From an uncultured Acidobacteriota bacterium (GTDB lineage Bacteria; Acidobacteriota; Thermoanaerobaculia; UBA5066; Gp7-AA6), in NCBI GenBank assembly GCA_963782585.1, contig CAWAKL010000009.1, forward strand, positions 9,533 through 73,532: 64,000 bases of DNA, given 5' to 3'. Both the position numbers and the translations under genes were made by a program. Every line of letters starts with the position of its first letter. The first letter of the stretch is position 1. The notes beneath the pieces were generated by a model. That model was not told where the DNA came from and did no database searches. It saw only the letters and a program-made list of their open reading frames with translations. Shown here one piece after another: positions 1 through 9,069 of the stretch.

Positions 1-504
1 CCAGTCCCAGTCGGCCCGGCTGTAGAGTGCGTCGGCCAGGCGTCGGACGTCGGCCTCTTCCTCCGTGTCGGCGTCGAAGTAGGTGGCACAGGTCAGGGCA
101 CCCGCGAACAAGAACGCCGAGTCGAGCGTGGAGAGCTCGCAACTCCAGACGCGACGGCCGGTATCGATGTCGAGGAAGTGATAGAAGAACCCCTTGTACC
201 CGGCCGTATCCGGCTCAGGTCCGTGCGGGAGGTTCATGAGGCTGCGGAGTTTGCGGCGGGCGACCTTCGCACCGAACTTGCGAATGAGCACGCCGCGCTC
301 GACAACAGCCGGGATCGTCGCCAGGGCGAGACCGACGGCCGCGATGCTGCATGGCGCGTCGGGGTCGGTCTTGTCACGGACCAGCCCATTGTCCGGGTTG
401 GTCTCGTGAAGGTAGTACTGCACCGTGGTCCGCTGAAGCCGGGCGAGTTCCTCGTCCGTCGGCAGCCGGTTTAAGTCCTCCTCTGCCGGCAGCTGGTCGG
501 CCAT
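1..504 (-). CDS. Glucoamylase-like / GH144-type (PF10091-like) protein, N-terminal 168 codons; continues past the left edge
   Basis: My own translation from ATG at 504-502 gives MADQLPAEEDLNRLPTDEELARLQRTTVQYYLHETNPDNGLVRDKTDPDAPCSIAAVGLALA...GYKGFFYHFLDIDTGRRVWSCELSTLDSAFLFAGALTCATYF. The frame is open to base 1. Absent from the track because there is no in-window stop. Family assignment is from remembered motifs. Confidence 0.6.
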   Translation of the reverse strand, partial: MADQLPAEEDLNRLPTDEELARLQRTTVQYYLHETNPDNGLVRDKTDPDAPCSIAAVGLALATIPAVVERGVLIRKFGAKVARRKLRSLMNLPHGPEPDTAGYKGFFYHFLDIDTGRRVWSCELSTLDSAFLFAGALTCATYFDADTEEEADVRRLADALYSRADWDW

Positions 505-549
505 CCTTTTCTTCCTGTCCTCCCTTCCGCTGTCCCTCAGCCCAGCTCG

Positions 550-2078
550 TTACGGCGCCTGCGACAGACAGTATGGTTCGGGCTCGCCCCGATCCGGAAG
601 CCAGACGACGCGGGCGAGCGGCCCGGACCGTCCCGCCCAGCGGATCTCACCCGCAATCGCAATCGACTCACCGACGTGGCATCGCTCCCGGGGGCCGATC
701 AGCGGCAGGGCCTTGTCGAGCGACAACACCCAGGTCTTCGCCGCGTCTTCGGCGGACCAGCCGAGCGTCATCTTGCTCGTCGAGACCGGGCCGCTCAACG
801 GGGAGGGGTCCTCAGGCACGACCGCGAGCGTGATTCCCGGGCTTCTCCGCACGATGGGCTGGAGGACGCGCCCCCGGTCCCGGGCCCGGGCCTGAGCCCG
901 CCGCATCTCGAAGGCGCCCTGCCACGCCTGCTGCACGCAGAGAAACACGAGCACGGCGGCCGCCGCCGGAAGGACACCGGGAACGAGGAGGCGGACCAGC
1001 GCGGCGGCCACGAGCACGCAGGCGAACGGCAGGGCCGGCAGCAGGAATCGCGTTTCGTAACTCGAGATGAGCGCGCCGTGCCACGCGACGCTCCGGCCCG
1101 CCAGGACGACCGGCAGAGTCGCCGCGCCGATCGCGACGACCAGCGCCGTGGCGCGGCGACGATCGAACCCTCGCGGATCCGGAGCCGCGAAGCGGCGAAC
1201 CGCCGTCACGACGAACGGCATGGCGGCGAGCCCGAGGGCGAGCGCGACGAGCGTCCCTCTCGAGTCGGGATCGAGCTCCAGGCGCCACGCGGCGTCGCCG
1301 TAGGCCCCGATCAGCGCATACCAGAACCCGGCGAGCCATACGTCCGACGGGCCGCAGCGGATGATCGAGGAGGTTCGAAAGCAGCGCGGCCGGCGCGACG
1401 TCCGGGCGAGCGGCGGCGTCCGCGGTCAGACGAAACAGGACGGCGCCCGCTCCCGCGCCGAGCGCCAGGAGAGCGGCGGTCCGGCGATGACGCATCACGA
1501 GGGCCAGGGCGGCGCCGCCGAACGCGGTCGCCACGCCATATTCGCTGATGACGGCGGCGAGTCCCGTCAGGAGCAGGACGGCGGCCGCGCGAGCCGGACG
1601 GCGGACTCCCGGCGCCGGGAGATCGAGGAGAAGCGCTCCGAGGACGAGCGACACCGGAAGGACGTCCGGATAAGCGATCGTCAGGCCCACGAACTGCACC
1701 TGCACGACGATCGGCGAAAGAAGGAGCAGCGCGGGCAGCCACGACCACCGCTCCTCACCGGGAAAGAGCCGTTTCCAGAGAAGGGACGTCAGCCACGCGA
1801 GGACCGCCCAGGCCGCGAGGGCGATGCCGACTTGCACGACCCGTCCCGAGCCGACGACGTTCTCGGTCATCTGAAGCATCCAGCCGTAGAGAGGCCGGTC
1901 CGAGTGGTACGCCGCGAGCGCGGCCTTTCCGCGCTCGCGCTCGAGCAGCGGCAGGATCGGCGTCGCTGTGGACGGGAAAGCCGGTCCAGGCACCGAATCC
2001 CACGGCCGCGAACATCGCAGCGAACGGTGCGAGAAGAGGCAGCGGAGGTTTCGTCCCGACCCTCATCAATGGTGGCAC
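550..2078 (-). pseudogene. Polytopic GT-C-like membrane protein, read through three frames (two apparent frameshifts)
   Basis: TM-rich segments lie in three frames: 2078->~1985 (KPPLPLLAPFAAMFAAVGFGAWTGF), ~1990->~1350 (PILPLLERERGKAALAAYHSDRPLYGWMLQ...LLLSPIVVQVQFVGLTIAYPDVLP...) and ~1345->550 (DVWLAGFWYALIGAYGDAAWRLELD...FLLPALPFACVLVAAALVRLL...). Each frame becomes Arg-rich nonsense past the junction. Confidence 0.55.
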
Positions 2079-2097
2079 AGCCGGCGGCGCGCTCGCT

Positions 2098-3245
2098 TCA
2101 CAGCTGACCGCGCTTCAGCGCGGCCACCTCCGCCCGCAGGGCTTCGATCTGGACCTGCTGCTCCTGCACGGCCTTGACCAGGGGCGCGATGAGCTGAGCG
2201 TAGCGCATCGACAGCGTGCGATCCGGATCGCCGCCCGCGTCCACGACGTTGTACGCGTCGCCCAGAACGGCCTCGACGTCCTGCGCCACGAATCCCATGT
2301 CGGCGCGGCCGTTGCCGCCCCGGAGTCGGTACGACACGGGCTTCAACGCGAGAACGAGCGGCAGCCCCTGCTCGAGCGCGCGCACATCCGTCTTCGCGCG
2401 CCCGTCCGATAGCGTGCTCCATGCGACCTTGCCGCCGATCGAGTTGACGAAGACGTTTCCGAGGCGCACCTGGTTTGTGGCGTCACAGTACGCGTCCATG
2501 CCGACGGCCGTGCAGTTGTCGACCTCCGCCGTGGCGCCAGCGGAGCCGACAAACGTGTTGTAGCTGCCGGTGTCGAGGGCATCGAACGTGACAGGCGTGC
2601 CGAGATACCCCGTGATCTGGTCGACGCGCGCCCCGGCGTTGTATCCGAGCGCCGTGTTGAAAGACCCGACGTCGAGGGCAACGAGAGCCTGGGCGCCGAG
2701 GGCGGAGTTGAAAGCTCCGGCCTGACTGAACATGAGGGCGCCCGAGCCGATGGCCGTGTTGCTGTGACCGTTGGTGGTGGCCGTGGGCTGGTTGTTCCCA
2801 AGCGCAAACTCGCCCACGGCGGTATTCCCTGCGTACCAGAACGAACCGTTGTCGAAGGACTGTACGGCGAGCGCCGCGCTGCCGACGGCCGTGTTGCCCA
2901 CCGCGCTCGTGTTGTTCTGCAGAGCGTGAAAGCCGATCGCCGTGTTGCCGCCGTCCTTCTGTCCCGGGCTCCACGTGGCCGTCCCCCGTACCGCCTTCTC
3001 GACGAAGACCGCCATCTGTCCGCGCGTCACCGGGTTGTTCGGGCAGTAGTTGCCGCCGCCACACCCGCCGGTGATCTCGTCCGCCGCGTACTGCTCGATC
3101 CAGGCGTCGAACAGGCCGCTGCAGTTGACGTCGTTGAAGACCGCGCCCGTGCACGGGGGGGCTCGAACTGCGCCATGGCCGGCGCCGCCACCAGCGTCGC
3201 CAAAAGGAATCCCGAGAGCCGCGGGGCCACTCGTCGCTCGCTCAT
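2098..3245 (-). CDS. Secreted surface protein: signal peptide, one Cys-rich SLH-like module, NTA(I/V)G head-like repeats, C-terminal peptidase S74 / tail-fibre intramolecular-chaperone domain; frameshift at a G7 run
   Basis: ATG at 3245 follows AAGGAGGA and encodes MSERRVAPRLSGFLLATLVAAPAMAQFEPP. After the homopolymer at 3155-3161 the protein continues in the 2098..3030 frame: CTGAVFNDVNCSGLFDAWIEQYAADEITGGCGGGNYCPNNPVTRGQMAVFVEKAV. The C-terminus (SDGRAKTDVRALEQGLPLVLALKPVSYRL...MGFVAQDVEAVL...RYAQLIAPLVKAVQEQQVQIEALRAE) is S74-like. Confidence 0.7.
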
Positions 3246-3319
3246 TGCTTCCTCCTTCTGGAAAACCTTCAGCATAGACCCGGACGACACCTGTCTCCCG
3301 CCAGGACTACGATCGGGCC

Positions 3320-5242
3320 ATGAGCCAGACCGATCGCATCCCCGACGTCCCTCCCTCGCGCCGCTGCGACGTGATCATGAAGGGCGGAATCACGAGCGGC
3401 GTGGTCTACCCGTCCGCCGGCGTGGAGCTCGCAAAACGCTTCACGCTCAAGAGCATCGGCGGGGCGAGCGCCGGAGCGATCGCCGCGGCGTTCTTTGCGG
3501 CCGCCGAGCACCGCCGCTCGGCGCTCGGATCGAGCGCGGGCTTCGCGGAGCTCGCGACATACCCGGATAAGTTCGGAGCGACGACGCCAGCGGGCACGTC
3601 GTTTCTTCTTTCGCTGTTCCAGCCGGCGAAAAATGCCCGGCGGCTCTTCCGGCTGCTCCTCGCCTTCCTCGGCAACGACAAGTGGCGGAAGCTCTTCCGC
3701 GTTCTGGGAACGGCCGTGCTCCAGTATCCGCTGGCGTTTGTCGTCGGGTTTTTGCCCGGTGCGGCGTTCGGGTGGCTCGCGTTTGTGAGCGATTCGCCCG
3801 CGAGCGTCCGCGTCCTGCTTCTGGCGCTCGCCCTGGCCACCCTCGTCCTGGGTCTGTTGATTCCGGTCGCCGTCATCCTGCTCGACCTCGTCCGGGCCAC
3901 GACGAAAAACCAGTACGGGCTATGCCCCGGACGGCGTGGCGCTTCCGAGAAGCCCGGGGACCCGCCGCCTCTGACCGACTGGGTGGAGGAGAGGCTCGAC
4001 GAGATCGCCTTCGGCGGCGCGGCGAGCCCTCCCCGGCCCACGGGCTACTCGGCGAACGACCCGCTGACTTTCGCCGACCTCTGGGGCGCGCGCACCGCCG
4101 AGGACCGCCGCCGCCTCGAAGACGACGCGAGCGGACGCCGGATCAGCCTCGAAGTCATGACGACCAACCTCACCCAGGCCCGGCCGTATCGTCTTCCCTT
4201 CGAGTCGCAGACGCTCTACTTCGACCCGGCGGAGCTCGCGCCGTTGTTTTCGCCCCGCGTCATCGAGTTCATGAAGCGGCAGAGGCGCCCGCCCTCGGAC
4301 GATCGGGACTCGCTGGCCGGCCTCGCCTCGGCTCGCGGCCTGGTCGCGTTTCCGCGGCCTGCGGATCTGCCGGTCGTCGTGGCCGTGCGGATGAGCCTGA
4401 GCTTTCCGATCCTCATCAGCGCCGTGCCGCTATGGGGCTTCGACTTCAGCTATGCCGCGAAGGACTCGGGAGGAGAGCGCGGCGTGCCCCTGCTGACGCG
4501 CTGCTGGTTCTCCGACGGCGGCATCACGAGCAACTTCCCCATCCACTTCTTCGACGGTCCGCTTCCCCGCTGGCCGACGTTCGCCTTCAACCTCACGCCG
4601 TTTCATCCGAAGTTCGCCTACGACCCGAAGGACGAGACGAAGAACGTCTGGCTTCCGCGGACCAACGGCGACGGCCAGACCGAGAACTGGGCGAACCCTC
4701 CCGAGGGCGGAGCCCTTTCGCGACTGCTCTGGTTTCTGGGCCGGATCGTCGAGACGATGCACAACTGGCGCGACAACATCCAGCTGAAAGTCCCCGGATA
4801 CCGGGACCGGATCGCGCAGGTGCACCTGCGGGACGAAGAGGGCGGCATCAATCTCCGGATGGAGAAGGACGCGATCGAGGCCCTGAGCGCGCGGGGCGCT
4901 CATGCGGCCCGCGTCCTCGCCGAGCGGTTCAGCGATGTCCCGCCCGCGGGAACCATCCTGACCTGGGACAACCACTGCTGGGTCCGCCTGCGCTCGATGA
5001 TGAGCCTGCTCGAGCAGCAGCTCGCCCGGATCCGGCGCGCGGTCGCCGGCAAAGAGGGGACGCGCTCCTACGCCGACCTCGAGGAAGGGCCTCCGTCCTA
5101 TCGCTTCGAGGATCCCGCCGCGGCGGCGGAGATGCTCGATGGGCTCGAAGGGCTGGCGAACGCCTGGTCCGCCCACCCGCGGGCGCTTACGGAGAGAGCT
5201 CCCAGGCCCTCGCCGGAGCTCCGCATCCTGCCCCGGGTCTGA
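3320..5242 (+). CDS. Patatin-like phospholipase family protein (long form with hydrophobic insertion and extended C-terminal domain)
   Basis: 640-aa ORF with oxyanion motif KGGITSG, nucleophile elbow GGASAG (GxSxG) and catalytic Asp motif FSDGGITSNFP. Two to three hydrophobic helices sit between the catalytic motifs. Confidence 0.9.
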   Translation: MSQTDRIPDVPPSRRCDVIMKGGITSGVVYPSAGVELAKRFTLKSIGGASAGAIAAAFFAAAEHRRSALGSSAGFAELATYPDKFGATTPAGTSFLLSLFQPAKNARRLFRLLLAFLGNDKWRKLFRVLGTAVLQYPLAFVVGFLPGAAFGWLAFVSDSPASVRVLLLALALATLVLGLLIPVAVILLDLVRATTKNQYGLCPGRRGASEKPGDPPPLTDWVEERLDEIAFGGAASPPRPTGYSANDPLTFADLWGARTAEDRRRLEDDASGRRISLEVMTTNLTQARPYRLPFESQTLYFDPAELAPLFSPRVIEFMKRQRRPPSDDRDSLAGLASARGLVAFPRPADLPVVVAVRMSLSFPILISAVPLWGFDFSYAAKDSGGERGVPLLTRCWFSDGGITSNFPIHFFDGPLPRWPTFAFNLTPFHPKFAYDPKDETKNVWLPRTNGDGQTENWANPPEGGALSRLLWFLGRIVETMHNWRDNIQLKVPGYRDRIAQVHLRDEEGGINLRMEKDAIEALSARGAHAARVLAERFSDVPPAGTILTWDNHCWVRLRSMMSLLEQQLARIRRAVAGKEGTRSYADLEEGPPSYRFEDPAAAAEMLDGLEGLANAWSAHPRALTERAPRPSPELRILPRV

Positions 5243-5251
5243 CGAAGCGCC

Positions 5252-5449
5252 TCACACCCACGTGACGCCGTAGATGGCGGGCTCGCGGCCGGGCTGCGGC
5301 CGCACGATGGCCGTGGCGAGGTGCTCGGCCTCGCAGCCCTCGCAGCGGACGGCGAGGAGTCGGCCGTGCTGGGTGTCTTGCGGAATGAGGCGGGTGTTGC
5401 GCGTGAGGCATCTCGGACAGGTCCAGTTCATCTGTCGGTGGTTGTTCAT
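5252..5449 (-). CDS. Small zinc-ribbon protein (two CxxC pairs)
   Basis: 65-aa ORF MNNHRQMNWTCPRCLTRN...VRCEGCEAEH with non-shadow composition. Function unknown. Confidence 0.45.
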   Translation of the reverse strand: MNNHRQMNWTCPRCLTRNTRLIPQDTQHGRLLAVRCEGCEAEHLATAIVRPQPGREPAIYGVTWV

Positions 5450-5532
5450 GGCGGACGCGATCGTCGTCCGCGCAGGCGAGAAGCGCGTGAAGGCGAGGTA
5501 AGAGTTTCCATCAGCCGCCGGTCCTCAACCCG

Positions 5533-5802
5533 TTGAGCGACCGACGCCGCCGGGCGACGGCACTCCAAGTTCCCCGGCCCGGCACGACGGCCTATACTGG
5601 ATTCGTGAACCCGAGAGACGAGCCGATCGGAGAGCGTGAACTGCGCGACGCACTCAGAGCGCAGCAGGATCCCGAGGCGCACGACCGGGGCCTGATCGCC
5701 GAGCGTCTGGGTTGGACTCCGGAGGAGCGCCTGGAGGCCAACGCTGCGTTCCTGCGCTTCTACCTCGCGGTTCGACCCCAGGGCCCGCTCATCCGGGAGT
5801 AA
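5533..5802 (+). CDS. Small hypothetical protein, upstream partner of the NTase-fold gene (start uncertain; GTG at 5605 possible)
   Basis: ORF ends in TAA at 5800-5802, 2 nt before the next ATG. The plausible part is VNPRDEPIGERELRDALRAQQDPEAHDRGLIAERLGWTPEERLEANAAFLRFYLAVRPQGPLIRE. Confidence 0.45.
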   Translation: MSDRRRRATALQVPRPGTTAYTGFVNPRDEPIGERELRDALRAQQDPEAHDRGLIAERLGWTPEERLEANAAFLRFYLAVRPQGPLIRE

Positions 5803-5804
5803 CG

Positions 5805-6305
5805 ATGAGCCCGTTGAGGGCCGACGAGATGTTCGCCTGCCTCGATCGCCACGGCGTGCGCTACGTCCTCATCGGAGGTCTGGCGGCCGTTCTTCACGGT
5901 TCTCCGCTGCAGACTTCCGACGCCGACATTTGCCCGGACCGCGAGGAAGGAAACCTGTCGAGACTGGCGGACGCCCTGCGCGAGATGGATGCGCGCCTTC
6001 GAACGACGGAGGCGGAGAACGGCGTCCCCTTCCCGCGCGAGGCCGCGTTCCTGGCAAATGCGCAGCTGCTGAATCTCATTACGCGCTTTGGCGATCTGGA
6101 TCTCGCATTCGAGCCCGCCGGAACCAACGGTTTCGGAGAGCTGGCCAGCCGCGCCGAGCCCGTCACCATCCAGGGCACAACCGTTCCGGTCGCCCGTCTC
6201 GAGGACGTCATCCGGTCCAAGGAAGCGGCGAACCGCCCGAAGGACCAGAGAGCCCTTCCGCTGCTTCGACTTCTGCTCGAGGAAGTCAAGAAACAGAGGC
6301 GGTAA
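5805..6305 (+). CDS. Minimal nucleotidyltransferase-fold protein (AbiEii/MNT/DUF6036-like)
   Basis: ATG at 5805. MSPLRADEMFACLDRHGVRYVLIGGLAAVLHGSPLQTSDADICPD carries the GG...DxD NTase signature, and the C-terminus has RSKEAANRPKDQRALPLLRLL. The track ORF 5712..6305 starts too early. Confidence 0.65.
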   Translation: MSPLRADEMFACLDRHGVRYVLIGGLAAVLHGSPLQTSDADICPDREEGNLSRLADALREMDARLRTTEAENGVPFPREAAFLANAQLLNLITRFGDLDLAFEPAGTNGFGELASRAEPVTIQGTTVPVARLEDVIRSKEAANRPKDQRALPLLRLLLEEVKKQRR

Positions 6306-6366
6306 GCCGCGACGGTTCGGCGCGCCGCGATGCGGCAGCGCCGTCGAGTCCCTGCTGTCTGAAGGG

Positions 6367-8931
6367 CTAGCCCCGCGCCGCGACCTGCCGTTCGGCGAAC
6401 CAGGCCGCGAGGCCGTCCGCCTCGAGTGGCGGGCAGACGTAGTCGCCCTGGGCGAGGTCGCACCCGAGCGCCGAGAGCCGCTCCCAGGCTTCCGCGCTCT
6501 CGACGCCCTCGGCCACCACGCGGCAGCCGAGGTGATGGGCGAGGTCGATGATGGATCGGACGATCGCCGCATCCATCTTCTCCGCTGTCATCCGAAGGAC
6601 GAACGACTTGTCGATCTTGATCTCTTCGACCGGAAGCTGCTTGAGCGTCAGCAGCGACAGGGCGCCGACGCCGAAGTCGTCGATCGAGAGGCGCACGCCG
6701 GCGGCGCGAAGCTCCTGGAGGGTCGTGAGGGCGTCGAGCGGCTCGGCCATGAGGCTCTCGGTGATCTCGAGCGTCAGAAGCTCGGGAGCGAGGCGGAGCT
6801 CTTCGAGTAGCGCCCGCACCCGCGCCGCGAAGCTCGTGTCCCGGAGGATGCGGGTCGACGCATTGACGGAGACAGGCAGCGTGAGGCCTTCGGCCTGCCA
6901 CCGCCGGGCCTGGCCGAGCGCCGTCTCGAGGATCCAGTCGGTCAGCCGCCGGCTCAGCCCGATCCGTTCGGCCCCGGAAATGAACTCGTCGGGAAGGACG
7001 AGGCCCCGTTCCGGGTGGCGCCAGCGCACGAGCGCCTCGACATGGGAAACCTGTCGCGTGCGCATGTCGACCTGGGGCTGGTAGGCGAGGAAGAGCTCGC
7101 CGGCCTCGATCCCGCGACGCAGCTCCTCGAGCAGGACGAGGCGCCGTTTCTGGAAGGCGTCCTCGCCGGCCGAATAGACCGAGTAGGCCTTGCTCGACCG
7201 CTTGGCCATGTACATGGCCGCGTCGGCGGCGCGCAGGAGGCGCAGACCGTCCGCGCCATGCTCGGGATACAGTGCGATGCCGATCGACGCCGAGACCTCG
7301 GCGGCGAGGCCCTCGACGGCGAAGGGCGCCTCGAGCGTCTCGAGGATCTTTTCCGCGCTCCGGCCGACGTCCTCGGCGCGGCCCCCCGCCGGCAGCAGCA
7401 CGACGAACTCGTCGCCACCCACGCGGGCGATCGTGTCGACCGAGCGGAGCACGCCGCGAAGTCTCGGGCCGACCTGCGCCAGAAGGGCGTCGCCGGCCGC
7501 GTGGCCGTAGGTGTCGTTGACGTCCTTGAAGCGGTCGAGGTCGATCAGGAGCACCGCGAGCGAGCCGCCTTCCCGCTCGGCGGCCCGGATCGATTGCTCC
7601 AGCCGATCATCGAGGAGCAGGCGGTTCGGCAGGCCCGTCAGCGAGTCGTGCAGGGCCTGGTGCTCGAGCGCCGCCACATGCAGCCGGCGCTCGCTGACGT
7701 CGCGGAGGATGACCACCCAGTACTGCGAGGCGCCGCGGCCGGGGGCGGGCATGATCTCCATCTCCAGGGTGTACTGAGAGCCGTCCTTCCGCGTGGCGAG
7801 CATCTCCCGCTCGAACGCCTCCCCCACCGCGAAGGCCCTCCGGGCCGAGGCCATCACATCGCGCGGAGTCACGTCGAGAAGATCGAGTGTTCCTCCCAGC
7901 GCTTCCTCCGAGGAGAGACCCGTCAGCTTCCGGAATCCTTCGTTGGTGAAAATGATGCGCGGCCGCGATGGCGTCGCGCCGCTCGCGAGGATCACGACGC
8001 CCTCGACCGAGTTGTCGACCGCCGACTCGAGCAGCGCGAGCGCCTGTGTCACGCGGCGCCGCTCGGCGACGACGGCGGCGAGCGCGGCGATCGTCAGCGT
8101 CACGACGGCCGTGAAGGACTGCATCAGAACGAGGGACAGATTCGGATCCGGACGGTAGAAGGGGCCCGTGCCGCGGAGCGTGCCCCAGATCGCGACGGCC
8201 GCGAGAACCGCGTTCGCCGTGACCGCCTCGCGCACTCCGAAGCGAAAGGCGATCGCCACGAGAAAGGGCAGGGAGAGAAACCCGAGCGGAAGATCCTGGG
8301 TCCCCGCCGGACCGAGCCCGCCGTAGACGAAGACGCCCGTGACGAGGACGCCCGCGAGAAGAAGGACGGCGTCCAACCGCGGCTGCCGGTCCGCGGCCTC
8401 GGCGGGCTTCTGGAACCAGACCAGCAGAAGGGGCGCGACGAGCAGCGCGCCCGACGCGTCGCCCAGCCACCAGGTGAACCAGATCGACCAGAAGTCCGCC
8501 CACCGGGCGAGGCCGGCGAGACACAGACTCGTGGGACCGATCGTGGCGCTCAAGAGCGTGCTCGCGCCCGCCGCGAGCCCGGCGAATCGGAAGATGTCGC
8601 GCGCCCGTTCGAAAGCATGACTCCCGCCCGCGAAGCGGGTGACCAGCCACGCCGCGACGACCGCCTCGAGCGTGTTTCCGACCGCGATGCCGAGCGACGG
8701 GACGACGGCACCCGAGATCCAGACGTTCGCGACGAACGCACCGATGAAGATGCCGGGCCAGACCCACGGACCGAAGAGCAGAAGCGCGGCGATCGAGATT
8801 CCGGTCGGCGGCCATACGGGCGTCGCGCTCGGGTGGACGTACGCGAGGGAGAACCCCAGCTTGGCCGCACCGACGTAGATCGCGGCGAGAGCCGCGATGA
8901 CCGCCAGCCGAGGGGCGATCCGCTGGGGCAC
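6367..8931 (-). CDS. MASE1-PAS-GGDEF-EAL c-di-GMP signalling protein
   Basis: 854 aa. N-terminal polytopic MASE1-like region, then a PAS-like segment, then GGDEF (RVGGDEFVVLL, RFKDVNDTYGHAAGD) and EAL (EALVRWRHPERG, EITES, DDFGVG, KIDKSFV). Confidence 0.92.
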   Translation of the reverse strand: MPQRIAPRLAVIAALAAIYVGAAKLGFSLAYVHPSATPVWPPTGISIAALLLFGPWVWPGIFIGAFVANVWISGAVVPSLGIAVGNTLEAVVAAWLVTRFAGGSHAFERARDIFRFAGLAAGASTLLSATIGPTSLCLAGLARWADFWSIWFTWWLGDASGALLVAPLLLVWFQKPAEAADRQPRLDAVLLLAGVLVTGVFVYGGLGPAGTQDLPLGFLSLPFLVAIAFRFGVREAVTANAVLAAVAIWGTLRGTGPFYRPDPNLSLVLMQSFTAVVTLTIAALAAVVAERRRVTQALALLESAVDNSVEGVVILASGATPSRPRIIFTNEGFRKLTGLSSEEALGGTLDLLDVTPRDVMASARRAFAVGEAFEREMLATRKDGSQYTLEMEIMPAPGRGASQYWVVILRDVSERRLHVAALEHQALHDSLTGLPNRLLLDDRLEQSIRAAEREGGSLAVLLIDLDRFKDVNDTYGHAAGDALLAQVGPRLRGVLRSVDTIARVGGDEFVVLLPAGGRAEDVGRSAEKILETLEAPFAVEGLAAEVSASIGIALYPEHGADGLRLLRAADAAMYMAKRSSKAYSVYSAGEDAFQKRRLVLLEELRRGIEAGELFLAYQPQVDMRTRQVSHVEALVRWRHPERGLVLPDEFISGAERIGLSRRLTDWILETALGQARRWQAEGLTLPVSVNASTRILRDTSFAARVRALLEELRLAPELLTLEITESLMAEPLDALTTLQELRAAGVRLSIDDFGVGALSLLTLKQLPVEEIKIDKSFVLRMTAEKMDAAIVRSIIDLAHHLGCRVVAEGVESAEAWERLSALGCDLAQGDYVCPPLEADGLAAWFAERQVAARG

Positions 8932-9029
8932 GGTCGGCAGATCTTACATTCGGAACGGTCGCGAATCGGGGCGCAACATGCGCGTAGTGAGCAGCATCAC
9001 AACGCGCCCGCTCGAGCGGCGGAAGCGCC

Positions 9030-9064
9030 GAGGCGGCGGCCTCGTGCCGCCGCCTCCGTTTTTT
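9030..9064. terminator. GC-rich hairpin (11-bp perfect stem) followed by T6 on the plus strand; lies 14-40 nt past the stop of the minus-strand DoxX-like gene
   Basis: gaggcggcggc (9030-9040), loop ctcgt, gccgccgcctc (9046-9056), then cgtttttt. The U-tract orientation is plus while the adjacent gene end is minus. Confidence 0.5.
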
Positions 9065-9069
9065 CGAGC

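Noticed and set aside
2098-3245. Tail-fibre/S74 gene as evidence for a prophage
   Set aside because: There is no integrase, terminase, capsid, portal, att-like repeat or compositional shift nearby. The protein has a Sec signal peptide and a host-type anchoring module.
3320-6305. Patatin lipase plus nearby NTase-fold protein as a CBASS-like defence operon
   Set aside because: The NTase-fold protein is only 166 aa, of the minimal MNT/AbiEii type and not a CD-NTase. It is separated from the lipase by an oppositely oriented gene. No cyclase, Cap2/Cap3 or sensor genes are present.
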